A stretch of DNA of 64,000 nucleotides from contig OX597817.1 of NCBI GenBank assembly GCA_951406725.2, positions 126,170,001 to 126,234,000 on the forward strand, read 5' to 3'. Below are positions 1 through 15,399 of the stretch, piece by piece. Positions within the stretch are counted from its first letter, which is position 1. The number at the start of each line of letters is the position of its first letter. A program made the position numbers and the translations under genes. This DNA is from Octopus vulgaris (taxonomy: Eukaryota). The notes under the pieces are model-generated. The model searched no databases, had not been told where the DNA came from, and worked only from the letters and a program-made list of their open reading frames with translations.

Positions 1-298
1 ATCTTTCTAGAATTTCTATAATAAAATTTCAAATATTTGCTTTCGCGAGGTGATTGTTTGAAACATTTATCTGTGCTTGTTTTTCTTATGCTCTCTCTAC
101 TATTTTATGAATTTCTTTTATAGAGAAACTTAACCTAAAGAAAATCTTCTTCATTGGTTCCTTGCATTTATTCATATTGAAATTTCTTCAACACTGAATA
201 TGTAATGATTCTTTACTGCTTAACATTTTCCACGTCATTGATTCAAAATGAAATCTATAATAACACGACATTTTACTGAAATACACACGCATACACAG

Positions 299-444
<146 letters not shown>

Positions 445-1360
445 GCCCTGTAGAGAAATACAAAAGAGTAATTGTTTCTTTAATTCTAGGAAAGAATTTC
501 ATTGAAATTAGCTATTCTTTTGCATATTTTTTTCAAGTTAATATTTCAATCAGGTTCCGCATTACTAATGTCTTCGAAAATAAGATGTCCATTGTCCAAT
601 TCAAGTAATAGTGAAAACTTGGGCTTTGTTTGGTATCACAAACGGGTTAAAATAGATTTTCCTTTTCAAAGCATATTTAGCTTCAATTTTTTAATGAATC
701 AAGTGAGAAAAACTCAATAGATTTCTAAGTGAAATTAATCACGTGTGATGATGAAATCGTAACCCTAGGATAAACGTGTGCTTTCAATAAAGCATTTGCA
801 ATCTGAGGATAGCGTCCTGAATTATCCGTAATGAATGCCATTATAAATATATAATTCTCTGCTAAATTTTTGTTTGTGGTTCTTTAAACTGGAAGTATAT
901 TCTCAGTGAAATTATATCTAGTTGAGTTTTAATAATATAAGTCATATGTTGACTTAATTCTAAATTCTAAAGTTAACTGAGTTACTACTCAGATTTGAAC
1001 AAAGTGTTGTATAAAATATTCTCTTCCGAAATAAAATTGAGATGCATATTCTTTTATGGGTCAATTAACGAAATGTACCAGATGAAAATCCATTGTACAA
1101 AACGTAATGCATTTTATAAAAATATTGTGCAGCAGTATTTTCCGAAGCTAATATGTTCACAATAATATAAATCTGTCTAGCTATCTACAATAACATTTCT
1201 TTTTTATTTCCCTCATCAATAATGAAAACTGCAAACAGAGTATGCCAGGATATTCCTTATCACAATCAAAGAACATACCACAATCAAACGTGAGTCGTAT
1301 ATGCCGTCATTTCAAGTCACACTCTTTCGTTTTAATTCATTAATTTTTATGATGAAAATA

Positions 1361-2567
1361 GTGGGGGCCGAGAGGACGGACGTTTTTGAAATTACTATTA
1401 CTTAGTTCCAGGGGGAGCAACATATGTCCAACAGGTACCATTCGGTTAGCGGTGTCCTAACATTTGTTTGCCTTTTCAGGTGATGCCATGGCGCTGTGTG
1501 CGATAGAGTATTGCGTGTTTGCGTAGGGCACTTACGTGAAGTCTGGCACAACATGAGCGTGAGGTTCGACGCTACTACAACATTCGTATGCGAGGTACAC
1601 TAATGAATAGGCGGCCGGTGAGGGCGTCATGAATGGTTCAAAATGTGGAACGCGTCAGACAAGCTTTCATATGGTGTCCGAAACGCTCTGCTCGGAGGCA
1701 TCCACTGAATTTGTCATCGGTAATCGATCGGTAATGCGTATTTTGCATGAAGACCTGCATTTCCACACGTACAAATTGGTCATTGGACAACAGTTGAAAC
1801 CTTGGGACTATGAACTGCAGCTTAACTTCGCACATCACATGGAGCAATTTTTGAGGCTAATGATAACCTCATTTTGTTAATGAGTGATGAAGCTTATTTC
1901 CATCTCAGTGGTATGGTGAATCAACAGAACTGTCGTTATTGGGCTCTTGAAAATCTGAGAGAAATGCACGAAAGACCACTGTACAGCCGTCATTGGTCCT
2001 TCTTTTTTTTGAAGATCGTAATGGAAATGCTGTTACTGTGAATCCCGTAGGTTACATGGAGATGATTAACAACTTCATTGTACCTGAATTTCGACGAAAA
2101 CGTGTGCCTATTCGATGTGGCAACAGCCCACACAGTCAGAGCATCGATTGACGTTCTTCGCCCTATTTTCGGTGACCATCTCATTTCCAGGTGTGCTGAC
2201 ATTCCTTGGCCCTCTCTGTCCCCTGATTTGTTCATGTGCGAATATTTCTTGCCAGGAAACCTCAAGGTACGAATGTATGCGCATAATCTCTGTACATTGG
2301 ACGATTTGAAGAAATTTATTGGCGTGGTTGGCGTGGAAATCACGCAAATTGACACAGCAGTGTTAGAGAAAGTGGAGTCTAACTTCTAAGAATGTTTTCA
2401 GGAATACATCAATGAAAATTGACACTACATGATTTATGTTGTTTTCTACAGTTAATTTTGACAAATGCTCATTCAATACAAACATATTGATGGCAATATT
2501 TTTTGGCTGCTAAAATTAATGATTTTGTGAACTTTTTAAAAACGTCCGTCGTCTCTGCCCCAACATG
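1361..2567 (+). mobile_element. Decayed Tc1/mariner DNA transposon (rosa/DD41D-like), ~1.2 kb
   Basis: TIRs: GTGGGGGCCGAGAGGACGGACGTTTTTGAAA (1361) vs reverse complement of TTTTTAAAAACGTCCGTCGTCTCTGCCCCAACATG (2533-2567), with TA at both ends. Broken transposase motifs MSDEAYFHLSGMVNQQNCRYWALEN (~1880), ATAHT and WPSLSPDL..C.YFL.G.LK. Confidence 0.88.
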
Positions 2568-5500
2568 TATAATAAGAATAAAACGATTATTCGAAATCTG
2601 CATATTTTGGCCATACATATAAATAAGATATTATTAAATCTATGTTTATATAGCAAGAGAAGATTTGCTTGAATGTCTCTAGAGAAAGCTATCCTGGAGT
2701 GAGTAGACTCATGATCAAGAAACTTCTAAAAATAAAAAAAAGAGTGATACGCCTCTAATATGGTTTCTAGTTATTCTAGATAGCTGAATAAATATAATTC
2801 TTTTCCTTGGTATGTTCATAACATACTTAAATCAGATATTTTATTATTTACTACTTGATTTTCTTCCAAGTTAACAATGCTTAGTTTTCAATTAGTTATA
2901 AGCTGATTCCTGCAAGTTCAGAGGATACATAGTTAAGAGATACCTAATGCAGTATCATATACCTAATGCAATATCAAATGCTTTCTCGCATATATGACAA
3001 AAAACAGTATTTATCCTTGAACACAGATGTATAGTATACTTGCGGCTGAATGTGTCATGATGTTATTTTGTATTGTTTCTGGTGCAACTACAAGTTGAAA
3101 AACCTTTAAGCTACAGTACACTTACACAATGATGTGATTTATGATATAGAATTTGAAATATATTCGAAATATATGAAGGTTTGGTAATAATGGAACGTCG
3201 ATATAAATACAATCTGCTATTTTTTTATATCTACATAGAGTGTATTCATGGGAGTTAGGAGACACTAATGCAATCGCATGATTGATTTGTCACATGATCG
3301 AATTCACCAACGGCCTGTGCTACGTAAATAAGTACGTATGACATTTTAAAAATTATAACTTATACTGTGGTAAAGTTACGAAATGCCTTATGTTTGCATA
3401 TTGGGTTAAAACTTTTGAAAGGGCATCAGCTTGCCTATATGTTATCTAAATTATAAAAGTAGTTAACATTTTTATAGCGCTCCAAATCAGCAATCTTACT
3501 CCAAATCAGCATAAAAGATGAATCAGCAGTAATTCATTATAATATCAAAAGTTTGGATGGATTCTAGAACTATTTCAAGGGATTGCTAAGTAAATCCTGG
3601 CTTTGGATAAAAGTGCATACAGGAGGATCAGTTATTTATGATTTTTATGCAATAGATTCCCGTCTCAGATACACATGCTGATTGCAATGTCCTTCAGTTT
3701 TTGTAAATCTTGTAAGCTAACTCGGAAGTTTGGGCTTCCAACCAGGCCTTTTGAGATACACTTAAGGCCATGAACTTTTTAGTTCCCTCACATAAATCTA
3801 GATCCTCTTGTCGCAATACAGAATAAACCAATGTCTCGTGAATTTGAAGTGATTTACTGAAAATGATTATATTTAGTCCTGGACAAATCTAATAAGATAA
3901 TGTTCAGGTACTGATCATCAGACTAAATTTCTCAGACTTCTCAATTAATGAGCTAAAAAACAATTAATGAGCTAAAAAAAAGATTCAATAAAGAATTTCA
4001 TACGTAAATTCCATGTTACATATGTTATATAAGAAGTAAGCTTAAGGAATGACGCAAAACTATGATCAACCAGCTTGGACAATGTGTTTATTCTGCTGGT
4101 GTGCAATTTTTGCTATTTGCTTCAGATATGGATGGCAATTATTGCAGGACGATATCATTTCAGCACATTCTGCGGGGAGCAGTCTACCTAATATCACTTA
4201 CAAGATGATCAAAAAATGAAGAAATGGGGGAAAATAAAGTTTTTTTTCGAATCCGTGATCTGCGATACATATTCGGTACTTAGCTTGAAAATTGTTTCGT
4301 ATTAGGTAAAATTTATCGTTTGCAACATTATTTAGAAACTTAGAAGCAAGTACCAAGCGTCATAAAATGTTTAATTATGTTCACTTCAACTTCAAAAGCT
4401 ACCAGTTACATACACCGCTGTAAATCTTTATAAAACTAAACTATACAAACCTCGCAAGAAGCACACTATTTTGTTTTTCTTATTAAGAGATATGGCGTAG
4501 AATCGTGACAAAATATACCATCCCGAAAATACATATAATGATTGAAACACATTAAATCCTGACTATCTGAATACACAATTTCGTTTTCACTACTGTAAAC
4601 TCATTAGACAAGGATTAATAAGAAATACAGTGAAACTTAGATCATAATAACACTTTGCATTCCTTGTTGGTGATGTGCGTTTGTGAGAGATTGAGAGTGC
4701 ATATGAAAGAATGTACATAGATATATAAATACATATAAATAGATAATTATAGAAATTGATAGATAGATAAGTAGATACATATATACATGCATACATACAT
4801 GCATAGAACGAGAGGGAGAGAAAGAAAGAGAGATTATAGAACAAATGATTAAAAAATATAACCATTTCAATTTTCAAATATCTTCTAATTATGATGCAAT
4901 CATCTTGTGAAACTGCTGCTATTGCTGCAGAGGTGGTACGATAACATCAGCGTATGTGAAAAAAATAATCAATAATACATTTCTACCGTTCCAATAAGAA
5001 GATAAGACATTTGCGATTCAACTTCATTTCAAATAATTTCCATAGGGGTTGAAAGAAAGATGCTGGATTTTGAAGAGTATATCGGTATAATGCGTTCCAA
5101 TACAAAGTGACATAATTTACCGCAACTAGGTACGTTAGGCAAACTTTTTGTGACTTACACATGCGTGCATGCAGCTACGTATACGTATATTATCTATAAA
5201 ATGAGAGAAGGTATATATCTATTTGCATATATGTGTATACATACATACAGGCATAAATATACGTACATACACACAGGCATAAATATACGTACACACATAC
5301 TACACACACATATGCACAGGCACATATACACAATCACACTCACACGCGTGCATTAATACCATTTAAACAGGGAGGCAGGTGTAAAATAGCTCAAGATACG
5401 CACAATAATATAAACGTACGTATTTTAGGTTTCATTTCAATGGAAATGGATACTGTTTCTAGTAGGTAATCGTATTTAAAATTACATTGCACTGCTATTT

Positions 5501-6064
5501 GCAAACGGGAGACCGTTCATGATACAACTATGATTAGACATTATACACGCCGAGTTGACATCAATTTTTAAAATGTCCCGGAAATTATCAAAGCCAACAG
5601 AAATTTCAAGATAATGCAAATACTATTTTCTAAGTCTAAAAATCTATACTTTATAAGTTTCCGTATTTAGCCTCAAATCTTAACTATGATGTATATTTTG
5701 CAGATGTAATACAATAGAAATATATGAATGGCATATTCATATCCTGTGTGTCATTTCTCTTAAGATGGTAACAGAGTTTTACTAGAAATATATATCGAAT
5801 TTTAATATAGAATGATTAAATAACTTATAAAATTATATACAATTTATGGATGCTACCGATATTGGTTGTCAGTAATCTTGGTATACGTCATTAAAAAGTT
5901 GAAATAACCGAAAACTAACAAAAGCTCCGAGATGTTTCAAATATAAGCTTAAATACGAATTCAATTTAAAATAATTACTTTCGCATATCAACGTTAGCAT
6001 TACCATTGATAAACTAAGCATAGTATTCAACACAAAGACATAGAAACACACAGATGCACACACA

Positions 6065-6081
6065 TATATGCATGTATACAG

Positions 6082-6152
<71 letters not shown>

Positions 6153-6201
6153 TATATATATATATATATATAGAGGTGTATATATATATATTTATTTTTG
6201 A

Positions 6202-6274
<73 letters not shown>

Positions 6275-6301
6275 TACATATATATATATATACATATATA
6301 T
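6065..6301. repeat. Compound (TA)n/(TG)n microsatellite
   Basis: Directly visible. Confidence 0.95.
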
Positions 6302-6364
6302 AGATGTCAGTAAATGGTGGGGATGTGTTAACCGCACATGGAGAAATGATAGGAGAGGGGAAAA

Positions 6365-6598
6365 TAGTGCCTTTATACTTTTAGAGTTCAATATTAGTCC
6401 ATGGAAAACTTCTTTGGAGGATTAGATACACGTGTTTAAGTGTAGTGTTTTGCTTGAAAAGGTTTGATGTTTCTGTCAAAACAGGAAATGGAGTAAACGT
6501 TATCCAGTTCCTGTGAATAAGGGGAGACAATTCTATGTATTTTATACTCTGTTTCCCCTTATTCACTAATATTGAACTCTAAAAGCATAAAGACACTA
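6365..6598. repeat. Short fold-back with 34-bp inverted arms and a nested hairpin
   Basis: TAGTGCCTTTATACTTTTAGAGTTCAATATTAGT (6365-6398) pairs with 6565-6598 with 2 mismatches; internal hairpin GTGAATAAGGGGAGACA (6513) / TGTTTCCCCTTATTCAC (6550). Confidence 0.8.
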
Positions 6599-6838
6599 CA
6601 ATGTATTGGTATACCTATTTATTAATTTTTGTATATATATAATATTTTTGTGAAAAATACATCGTAAATTTCTGTTTTCCCCTTCCTCAATTTAACAAAA
6701 ATTTCCCTCTTCCAAATCTTGAAAATTTGCCTTGCAATCAAAGTCGGTTTGATTTGTTTTTTTTAATTTTTCATACACCCATTTTTATTAAAATTTACTT
6801 TCAATTTAGCATCCTGCCTTATTATTTTTTCCTCTCCT

Positions 6839-7242
6839 GTGGCTGTGTGGTAAGTAGCTTGCTAACCAACCACATGGTCCCGGGTTCAGTCCCACTGCGT
6901 GGCATCTTGGGCAAGTGTCTTCTGCTATAGCCCCGGGCCGACCAATGCCTTGTGAGTGGATTTGGTAGACGGAAACTGAAAGAAGCCTGTCGTATATATG
7001 TATATGTATATATGTATGTATGTGTGTTTGTTTGTGTGTCTGTGTTTGTCACCCTAGCATTGCTTGACAACCGATGCTGGTGTGTTTATGTCCCCGTTAC
7101 TTGGCGGTTCGGCAAAAGAGACCGATAGAATAAGTACTGGGCTTACAAAAAGAATAAGTCCCGTGGTCGAGTTGCTCGATTAAAGGTGGTGCTCCAGCAT
7201 GGCCGCAGTCAAATGACTGAAACAAGTAAAAGAGTAAAGAAT
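6839..7242 (+). mobile_element. tRNA-derived SINE, family A (octopus-type), near full length
   Basis: A box TGGCTGTGTGG, B box GGTTCAGTCCC, internal TG/TA tract, 3' tail CCAGCATGGCCGCAGTCAAATGACTGAAAC plus GTAAAAGA repeats. Homologous copies at 10132, 20709 and 55728. Confidence 0.9.
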
Positions 7243-10055
7243 AATATACATAAATACTCACATTCTCTTATAACATAAAGCTATATATGTAATGGTACAC
7301 TTATATATGTGGACTGGTTTCTTGTTTGATACTTAGATTGCACCTTCCTCAGCACATCTTAACACATGGACATACTATCCGAATCTGCCATGTTGAAATA
7401 TGCTGGTGTCTTTAATTGCCTAGCGTAAAAATGGGATATGTTGATCGTCGATCTAATCGACTAACCCCATACCCCAAAATATACCTTGTGCATAGAGTAG
7501 AAAAATGTATATCATTGAGCATGTATGCGGGTATGTATACCTGTATAGTAGGTATGTGCATGTGGTAAGAATGTTTATTCATGGATATTGCGATTTTGGT
7601 ATGAATGCTTTTGATTTTAAATTTATTTTGCGAACTGTTGAAATTTCTTTGCGGGATCAGATAATTTAGATTTATATCTATGAAAAAATATAATAGTTTT
7701 TCATTTATGAAAAATAATGTATTAATCGATATCGATTATTTGATTCATTATCATTTGACGTAAATAATGATTTCTATTATGTAGCATTTTGGCGCAGATT
7801 TTTAAGTCATATACTGCCTATTAAATACAAACCAAATGTAAACAGAAATCGCCCTTTTAATCATGCATTTAGAAATGCTATCCCAGCACAGTTCCATCTA
7901 TCGTATGTACACACCTTATCTTGCCAATTATGACATAATGGATTTGGCAAAATTACGGAATGAACGATTCTCAATTAGTCACCTCATACAATACTAAGCC
8001 TTTCTGTTTGATAGAATATAAAATATCAATATGAGTTTAGCAATTATCTGATCTCATTTTTTAACATTTTGTTATTTCCTTTATATAAAACAAGAAAGAC
8101 ACCGAGTTATATATCAGGATTCAATGGTGTTATGTCAAATGGGCTCATATCTGATTAATTAAAGCAAACCCTCAATCAGAAAAGTGAAAAAAGAAATCAG
8201 GAAAACGATAAATATCATGCGTATCACTCGTGACACTGTTTTATGTTTTGTCTTTTTCATATTACAGGTTCAATTTATTACGTAATTTAATATAATATTT
8301 ACAATTATTCAATCATCTTTGCTATCGAAAGCATTGCTTAACGTTCAGGAAACAATGTGAAGGATAGGACGTACCTACATTTTCAGAGAAACCATTTTAC
8401 CTTATATAATTTGAAATTATTGCATGGAAATTGTTGACTTACACACTAATGATCTTATTAATAAACTCAGTTACAAACTTCCCTAAAGTATTCAACAACT
8501 CGATCTGCACGAGCATGCAAATGTGTTTTTGTGTCTGAATATGAATCAAATTAGATCGAGATAGATTAACGAGGGAAGAGTTTGAATAGAGAGAAATTAA
8601 GCACTGTCAAGGATTATAAACATACATTCAGAAACATATCGATGTTTCATTTATTTGGCCAAATTCACCTTTGTCGTTCCACATTGCTAAAGCTCGAAAT
8701 GCAAGGAATTCGCTAACATTTGCAGTTTATAATTACTTCGTAATTTTAAATTGAATATAAACATGTGGGAACGAAAATATTTAAAAGTAGGTGATATTAG
8801 ATATTTTTATAATTATCTAATATTTGCACGAGAATACAAACAATGTTTCTGAAACTGCAATAACTTTTAATTCAATAGTCTCACTCAATTTAAAATGTAT
8901 TCAATATAGAAGTTTAAAAGCATTTCTATTTGTTACTAAGTTATTACAGACTTAACTTTCTCTCATACTTTATAACGAGTCGATAATTTAATTTAAAATT
9001 AATAAAGCAAGAAAGCCTAACACCCTGTCTGCTGTACTCATATTAAATCATAATTTACATTGCAATTATAAATTTAATTACATTTTATATTTTTGTTTCT
9101 CAGTATAACGTTAGAATATCAAGAGTTCTTGGGAGATCTAAATTCAAATTTCATTACTTTCTTTCTTCCGCCCAGAGACTTGAAATTTAATTTTCTGATA
9201 AACATCCGAGACTATTTTATTTTAGATACAAGCGAATATTATGATATATTGGATCGTTTGGGAGTTCACTTTATGTGTGTGCTTCTAAGGAAGAAGTATC
9301 ATTTAACCAGATATTTCAAAGCATACGTACAGGATAATTACGTGCAGTTAACTTTTTGAATGGTTCATGTCAACATTTCTTGCAGTACCAATAACAAGAA
9401 TTTGATTCCATGGACTATAATTCTCTCAGCAATCTGAATAAATCATTAGTTGGTTGGAGTGTTTCATGTCTGATTATTTCATCAGAGTGTAATACTGGAA
9501 GATCCTTTATATTTAACGACTTATCATACAGCAAACTAATTTATTTCCATATACCTATTATTTTGATTTTATGTATGTCTGCGCGTGCGTACACACATAC
9601 ACACACACAAACACAACACACATATATAAATTAAATTCTTCGTCCTTAATAGGCTGTAGCCACTGACTTCCCTGTAAACAACGTGATGGTAATTATATTC
9701 TGTCTTACTAGCTGTTATGGACTATTGCACAGGAAATATTTCTCGAGAAAAAAATGATGTTAAGAATACCCTACTGGAATGTATTTATTTAGTGTATGTT
9801 AACAGCTGGTTTTATGGCACATTCGAGATAAAACACACAACCATTGAATGGGGGTAGTTTTAGGAGTTCAGCACATGATGCATTTGGTAGAGTTAACTGA
9901 TGTAAAATGTCATGAGAAATGGGCCCTATATGAACCAGATTAAAAACTTATGTTACACCATGCTGTATTATACACACGCACATGCTGTTACACCTCATAC
10001 ACACGCGTTTATGTACATGTATAAAAATATATATATATACTTGTGTGTATACCAT

Positions 10056-10129
<74 letters not shown>

Positions 10130-10131
10130 AT

Positions 10132-10521
10132 GCAGGCGTGGTTTTATGGTAAGAAGCTTGCTTCCAAGCCACATGGTTCGGGGTTCAGTTACACTGCGTG
10201 GCACCTTTGGCAAATGTCCTCTACTATAGCCTCGGTCGACCAAAGCCTTGTGAGTAGATTTGGTAGACAGAAACTGAAAGAAGGCCCTCTTATATACACA
10301 CATAACTATATATTTGTCTGTTTGTGTTTGTCCCGCTTCTATCGCTTGACAACCGATGTTGGTGTGTTTGCGTCCACATAAATTAGCAGTTCGACAGAGG
10401 GAATATAATAGAAGTACTAGGCTTACAAAGCATAAGTTCTAGTGTGGGGGTCGATTAGTTCGGCTCCAGTATGGCCGCAGTAAAATTACTGGGAAAGTCA
10501 AAGAGCAAAAGTGCAAAAGAA
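10132..10521 (+). mobile_element. SINE family A, more diverged copy
   Basis: Colinear similarity to 6839-7242; starts immediately after a (TA)n tract. Confidence 0.85.
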
Positions 10522-12941
10522 TAGATATATGTATGTATGTATGTATGTATCTATCTATCTACCTACCTATCAATATACATCTCTATGTATGTGTTTCTGT
10601 CTATAGAGGATATTGCTGACATACCTGTATTTCTGAAATTACTCATGTTTCTTTAATGTAACCAATTAGTGATAGATTATTCTTCTACATTGCCGTTGAA
10701 TCGTGCGATTCGTGGAATTTTATCTTCCATATCAACTGAAGATTGAATACTTCATATCTGTTCTGCTGATTTCCATTCCTTTAACAATTGTTGATGTTCC
10801 CTTTGACTTAAATATTTGCTGCTTCAGATGCATTCCTATTGCTTTGAATGTGCACAGTTCTGTATTTAATCTAAATCTTATAGCAAGCGCTCTGTAAGTT
10901 ATTGATTTCGTTAATATTACCTGCATATAAACATCAGACATGATGCGCATTTCTATCATGTCTGCATATAACACGCTTCTTTACCAAAGTTATTGATATA
11001 TGGGCATTTAAAGAAAATATTCATTCTTTTTCACAATAGTGTATCAGTGTAGGTATAGTTTTAACTCAGAAGCCAATTCTCTCATAGGTTAACTGGAAGT
11101 CCAGTTGTCTAATGCTTGGAAAAAATTATTTGATCAATGCATTATATACTGACGATAGTAGACACGTGAGCCTGTAGATAATTTCCTGTTATTTACTAGA
11201 CTTGTTGTAATTACCTTCGGTTATATTGTAGACGTTTATTAAGTTATATCGACCTTGCCTCGTCTTGACAACTGTGTAACATACTCGAATATTATCGATA
11301 CATGTCCGTAGCATCTAGGAATGAGCCTTAAAACCAGAGAGGTTTCAATTTACAATGTACATATATTGTATAGTGTCCACGAAATTACCAGAAAAAAAAC
11401 TTTCCCTTAAGTTACCTCGCTTGCATTTTTCTACAGATTTTACATTCGCAGGGAAGTATTTGTCCGAATTATATCGATAATTTCGTTTGATAAATATATT
11501 ACAACATACTGTATTTATATTTAGTATGCCAAACAATATCCTCAGGTACTTCCCATCCATATTATTAATATTGAAATAGAGATAGAGTAACAATTCTATG
11601 AATGTATATCCTTATATAAAAACACAAATATTGCTCTTCTTATTTATTCTTATTTTTTCTTTCTATAAGTATATATATTTGGGAACGAATCTATTGTAAA
11701 GAAATATTTATTTCTTGGTCTACTTCTGATATTTCATTTCTAATACGATATCATTCTTCCATTTCAAGCGTGTTTACAATAATAATTGAAACAACTTTTT
11801 GTGGTTGTTTGGTATTTACAATGTTAATAAATCTGGTTTTCCCTTTTATTGTTGCAGACAATAGAGAAACTGTACCATAAAACGCTATATTAATATAAAT
11901 AGTGTCATTGTGAGGCGAATAAAAAAAAATACTATGACACTAATAAAAAAAAGTGTAAACTAAGGCAATATGTAGTTGAGTGGAAAATATATTTTCATAT
12001 TCAGCATACTAAATTTATTTATCTCGCAATCAGTCAAGAAAAGGATTTTCTTGTTGAATTAAAATCGGTTTTCGTTTACATGACTCACATTAATATGTAG
12101 CATCATTACACTTCTTTTAAAGAATTAATGTATTTTCAGAGTAAGATTTTGGTTTATATATTATTCTTGTCAATGTCACTTCCATGTGAATAATAACTGA
12201 TTTAATATTTTTAGAATAGGTATTATTGGTTTCTATTAAATTTCAGATTTTCTATATTTGCTTTTTGTTATTGCCTGCTCAAAAGTAACTGATATGAAAG
12301 TGTTCGTTTAATGTGTTTATTCATTTTTTTTATAAAGCGAGATGATATAGAAACCACTTCTTTAATTGAATATAGTTGCTTTACAAGATCTATAGATTTA
12401 AGTTTTTAGAATTTTGAAAGTCTTACAAGATCATCAAGTTCATGTATATGATTTGAATCTGACAAACATGAAGTCATAGGTGGGCACTTGTCATTCGCTT
12501 ATTTATTTTCTGTCAAAACATTTTTAAAGTTTTTGTTCTTATTTCAGCTAGGATATTTCTGTTGGTTATTTCTTTTTATGTTGTTTTATTACACTAGTAT
12601 ATACTTTTCGTTGTGTTCTTTCTTAGGGATCTATAGTTTTCTATGAAATTACCTTTATCTTATGTCTTTTACACATACTGTAAGAAATATAATAGTATAA
12701 GTATAAAATAACAGAGCTTATTTCACTTTTTAATAGTTGTTACTCATGAGTTTGCGTGTGATAACTGATTAATTCCACTTAAATTACTTTAGTCATAATC
12801 TTTCTACCATATCACTGAACGCCCACATTTAAATTCCATTGTTTTTCCGAGAGTTCCCTCTTACATTTACTTTGATGAACTGTTGTCATATTGATCCTGT
12901 GCAAAAGTGTTTATTGATATATGACAAGAATTAGCAGAAAC

Positions 12942-12942
<1 letters not shown>

Positions 12943-13016
<74 letters not shown>

Positions 13017-13073
13017 CAGCAGCAGTAGGAGGAGACAATGACGAAGAAGAAGAAGAAGAAGAAGAAGAAGAAG
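12943..13073. repeat. (GTA)n and (GAA)n trinucleotide microsatellites
   Basis: Directly visible; explains the poly-T/poly-S ORF 12931-13215. Confidence 0.95.
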
Positions 13074-13927
13074 AGCTGGTGTTTCGAAAACTATTAAAAG
13101 TAATTGCAGTAAAAGAAATTATTTTACAAATACAATAAACAATACCAGCATTGGAAAGAAACCTATATCCAAACGAAAGTACAAGCATTCTAGTACCATT
13201 GTGGAGAAATAACAATAAACAGACACAACACAGGATCCAAGGGAAAAGGTAAAACGCATAATTGCACCGTACGTATGACTAACTGTAGGTAAAACTCAAC
13301 TCAACAACACGCTGAGAAATGCAAGCTAATGGAAACCAAATGGAGGGCATTTTGCATTGATGTACTCTTAGTTCAGAAAAATGCAATGGATCCTAGCTGA
13401 CGAGGATATGGTAAAAATATTCAATATAATGGTACGATCAATCGCAACCTGACAGGTTTCTGGAAACGAAATCAGCCTTACGATACTCTTTCACAAAAAT
13501 ATACATACATATCTGAAACTATAAATAGACAATTTGCTCGGCAGCAACATACAAAGTTCTTTCAACCACAATGTACAATATACTAACTGACCCAGTAACA
13601 GTTATATATTATAAAATATCATAATGAGTTTTTGGAAAGGGTGTATATTTGCAAAACAAATTACAGATTAATCGAACGATTATTGACAATAAAACATAAA
13701 ATGTATCTTGGCATGGTCCAGATTGAGTACGGAAAAATACATGATAGCTTTTTCACACTGGGTAAAAAGACACCCAGCATGGAGCAAGTAACCCAATATC
13801 TATTAAAATAATTTAGTCATATAGGAAATTACAAACATTACAAAACAGATAATTTATGTAAAACCAGCTATGAAATCAAACGCTAGAACATTAACTTTTA
13901 TGGATATATATGTATACATACATACAT

Positions 13928-13930
<3 letters not shown>

Positions 13931-14025
<95 letters not shown>
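13931..14025. repeat. (TA)n microsatellite
   Basis: Directly visible. Confidence 0.95.
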
Positions 14026-14026
<1 letters not shown>

Positions 14027-14590
14027 TAAAATTCAACCAATATTCCATATATTTTATTATTATTCACGGAAAAATACAGTCAAGTTCATAACGTCTTTCG
14101 TTGAAAGTCTCTTTTCATCAAAGATGGATATTGTTTTTATATATTATAAGTTAGATTTCAAAGAGGTGTGTATGAAATCAGTGAAAATAAGAATCGTTAT
14201 AATTTTATCCAAAAAAATATTTCTTTTAAATTGGCAAAGAATACTATTACATTGTGCAATTCTTTCGAAAACATGGAGCAGGCTCATACAATATATGCTT
14301 TTCATAGACATGAGAATTTAAGTCAAGTATTTTCCACTACCGTAATATTTCGTATATATTGTCCATATATTTAGCAAGAACTTTAACATGCTGATTTGAT
14401 TAGAAACATTCAATGAAGAATACTAAGCACTCAGATGCATTTTACAGAACTTCTTAAAGGGTAAAAAAGCGACATACCTGAAACATAACCATGCTAGAAA
14501 TATTTTGTATTAAATAGGAAGTAAAGTGCATGAAATCTATAGGATCGAGAAGGTAAAGTAATTGTTTTAACACAATGTATACTCAACACA

Positions 14591-14736
14591 TTCTGAGTTC
14601 AAATTCCAACGAGGTCTATTTCGCCTTTCATCAATTTGGATTCGATAATTTAAGTACCAGTTGCCTACTGGGGTCGAGCTAATCGACTTGATGCCTCTCC
14701 CAAAATTTTGGGCCCTGTGCCTAGAGTTGAAAAGAA
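14591..14736 (+). mobile_element. SINE family B, 5'-truncated
   Basis: TTCTGAGTTCAAATTCC..GAGGTC..TTTCGCCTTTCATC..TCGATAA..AAGTACCAG matches the 27302 copy. Confidence 0.8.
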
Positions 14737-15399
14737 TATATACTCAACACAGTTCATAAAGGTAATTGCATTCTCAGCCAAAAAGAAGTGATCCTTGTAT
14801 TTATAGTGGGACAAGACAAGTGAAAGTTAGTAAGTATTATTAAATATTTTTAAACGTTGAATTCATAAAATTTGTTAAATATCTTATATAGAGCAGCATT
14901 TTGTTCCCTAGGAATTGGATTGTACTTCGAACAGCTAAGGAATAAGTCTAAATCAGGAACCAAAACAGCTACACGGATAATATGAATGATAGCTGAGGTG
15001 AACCCATAAGAAAGTAGGCCTATATTTTTGCAAGAAGCAATTTCTCTATAAATACAAATTTGGTCTACCATGTAAACTAGCAAAATATGTTTTGGTTCCC
15101 AATGAATAAATTTTCATTTTATCAGCGATCTATACTTTGTCTGGTTTGGAAACAGTATGATTAAATCAAGCTAACTGTGGAATCCCTACATGTCCGCCGC
15201 TACATATACTACAGGTTTACATTAAAATTTATGAACAAAGCAGCATAATTTTCTGTACTCTCTCATTCTGCAAAATCAATAATGAGAAGTCGTTAATTCC
15301 CGATCCTTAAATTTACAGCACACATTCGTCTGTTTAGGTTTAGATATGAATAACGGTGTGAATATTCTATCTCATTTTTTAAATTCTTTAGTGATTTGA

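Noticed and set aside
3942-3979. 19-bp tandem duplication (similar ones near 2940 and 3480)
   Set aside because: Ordinary short slippage duplications with no further structure.
13397-13430. CTGACGA followed by a GGATAT/ATATTC hairpin
   Set aside because: No GAAA box or stem I follows, so it is not a supportable hammerhead.
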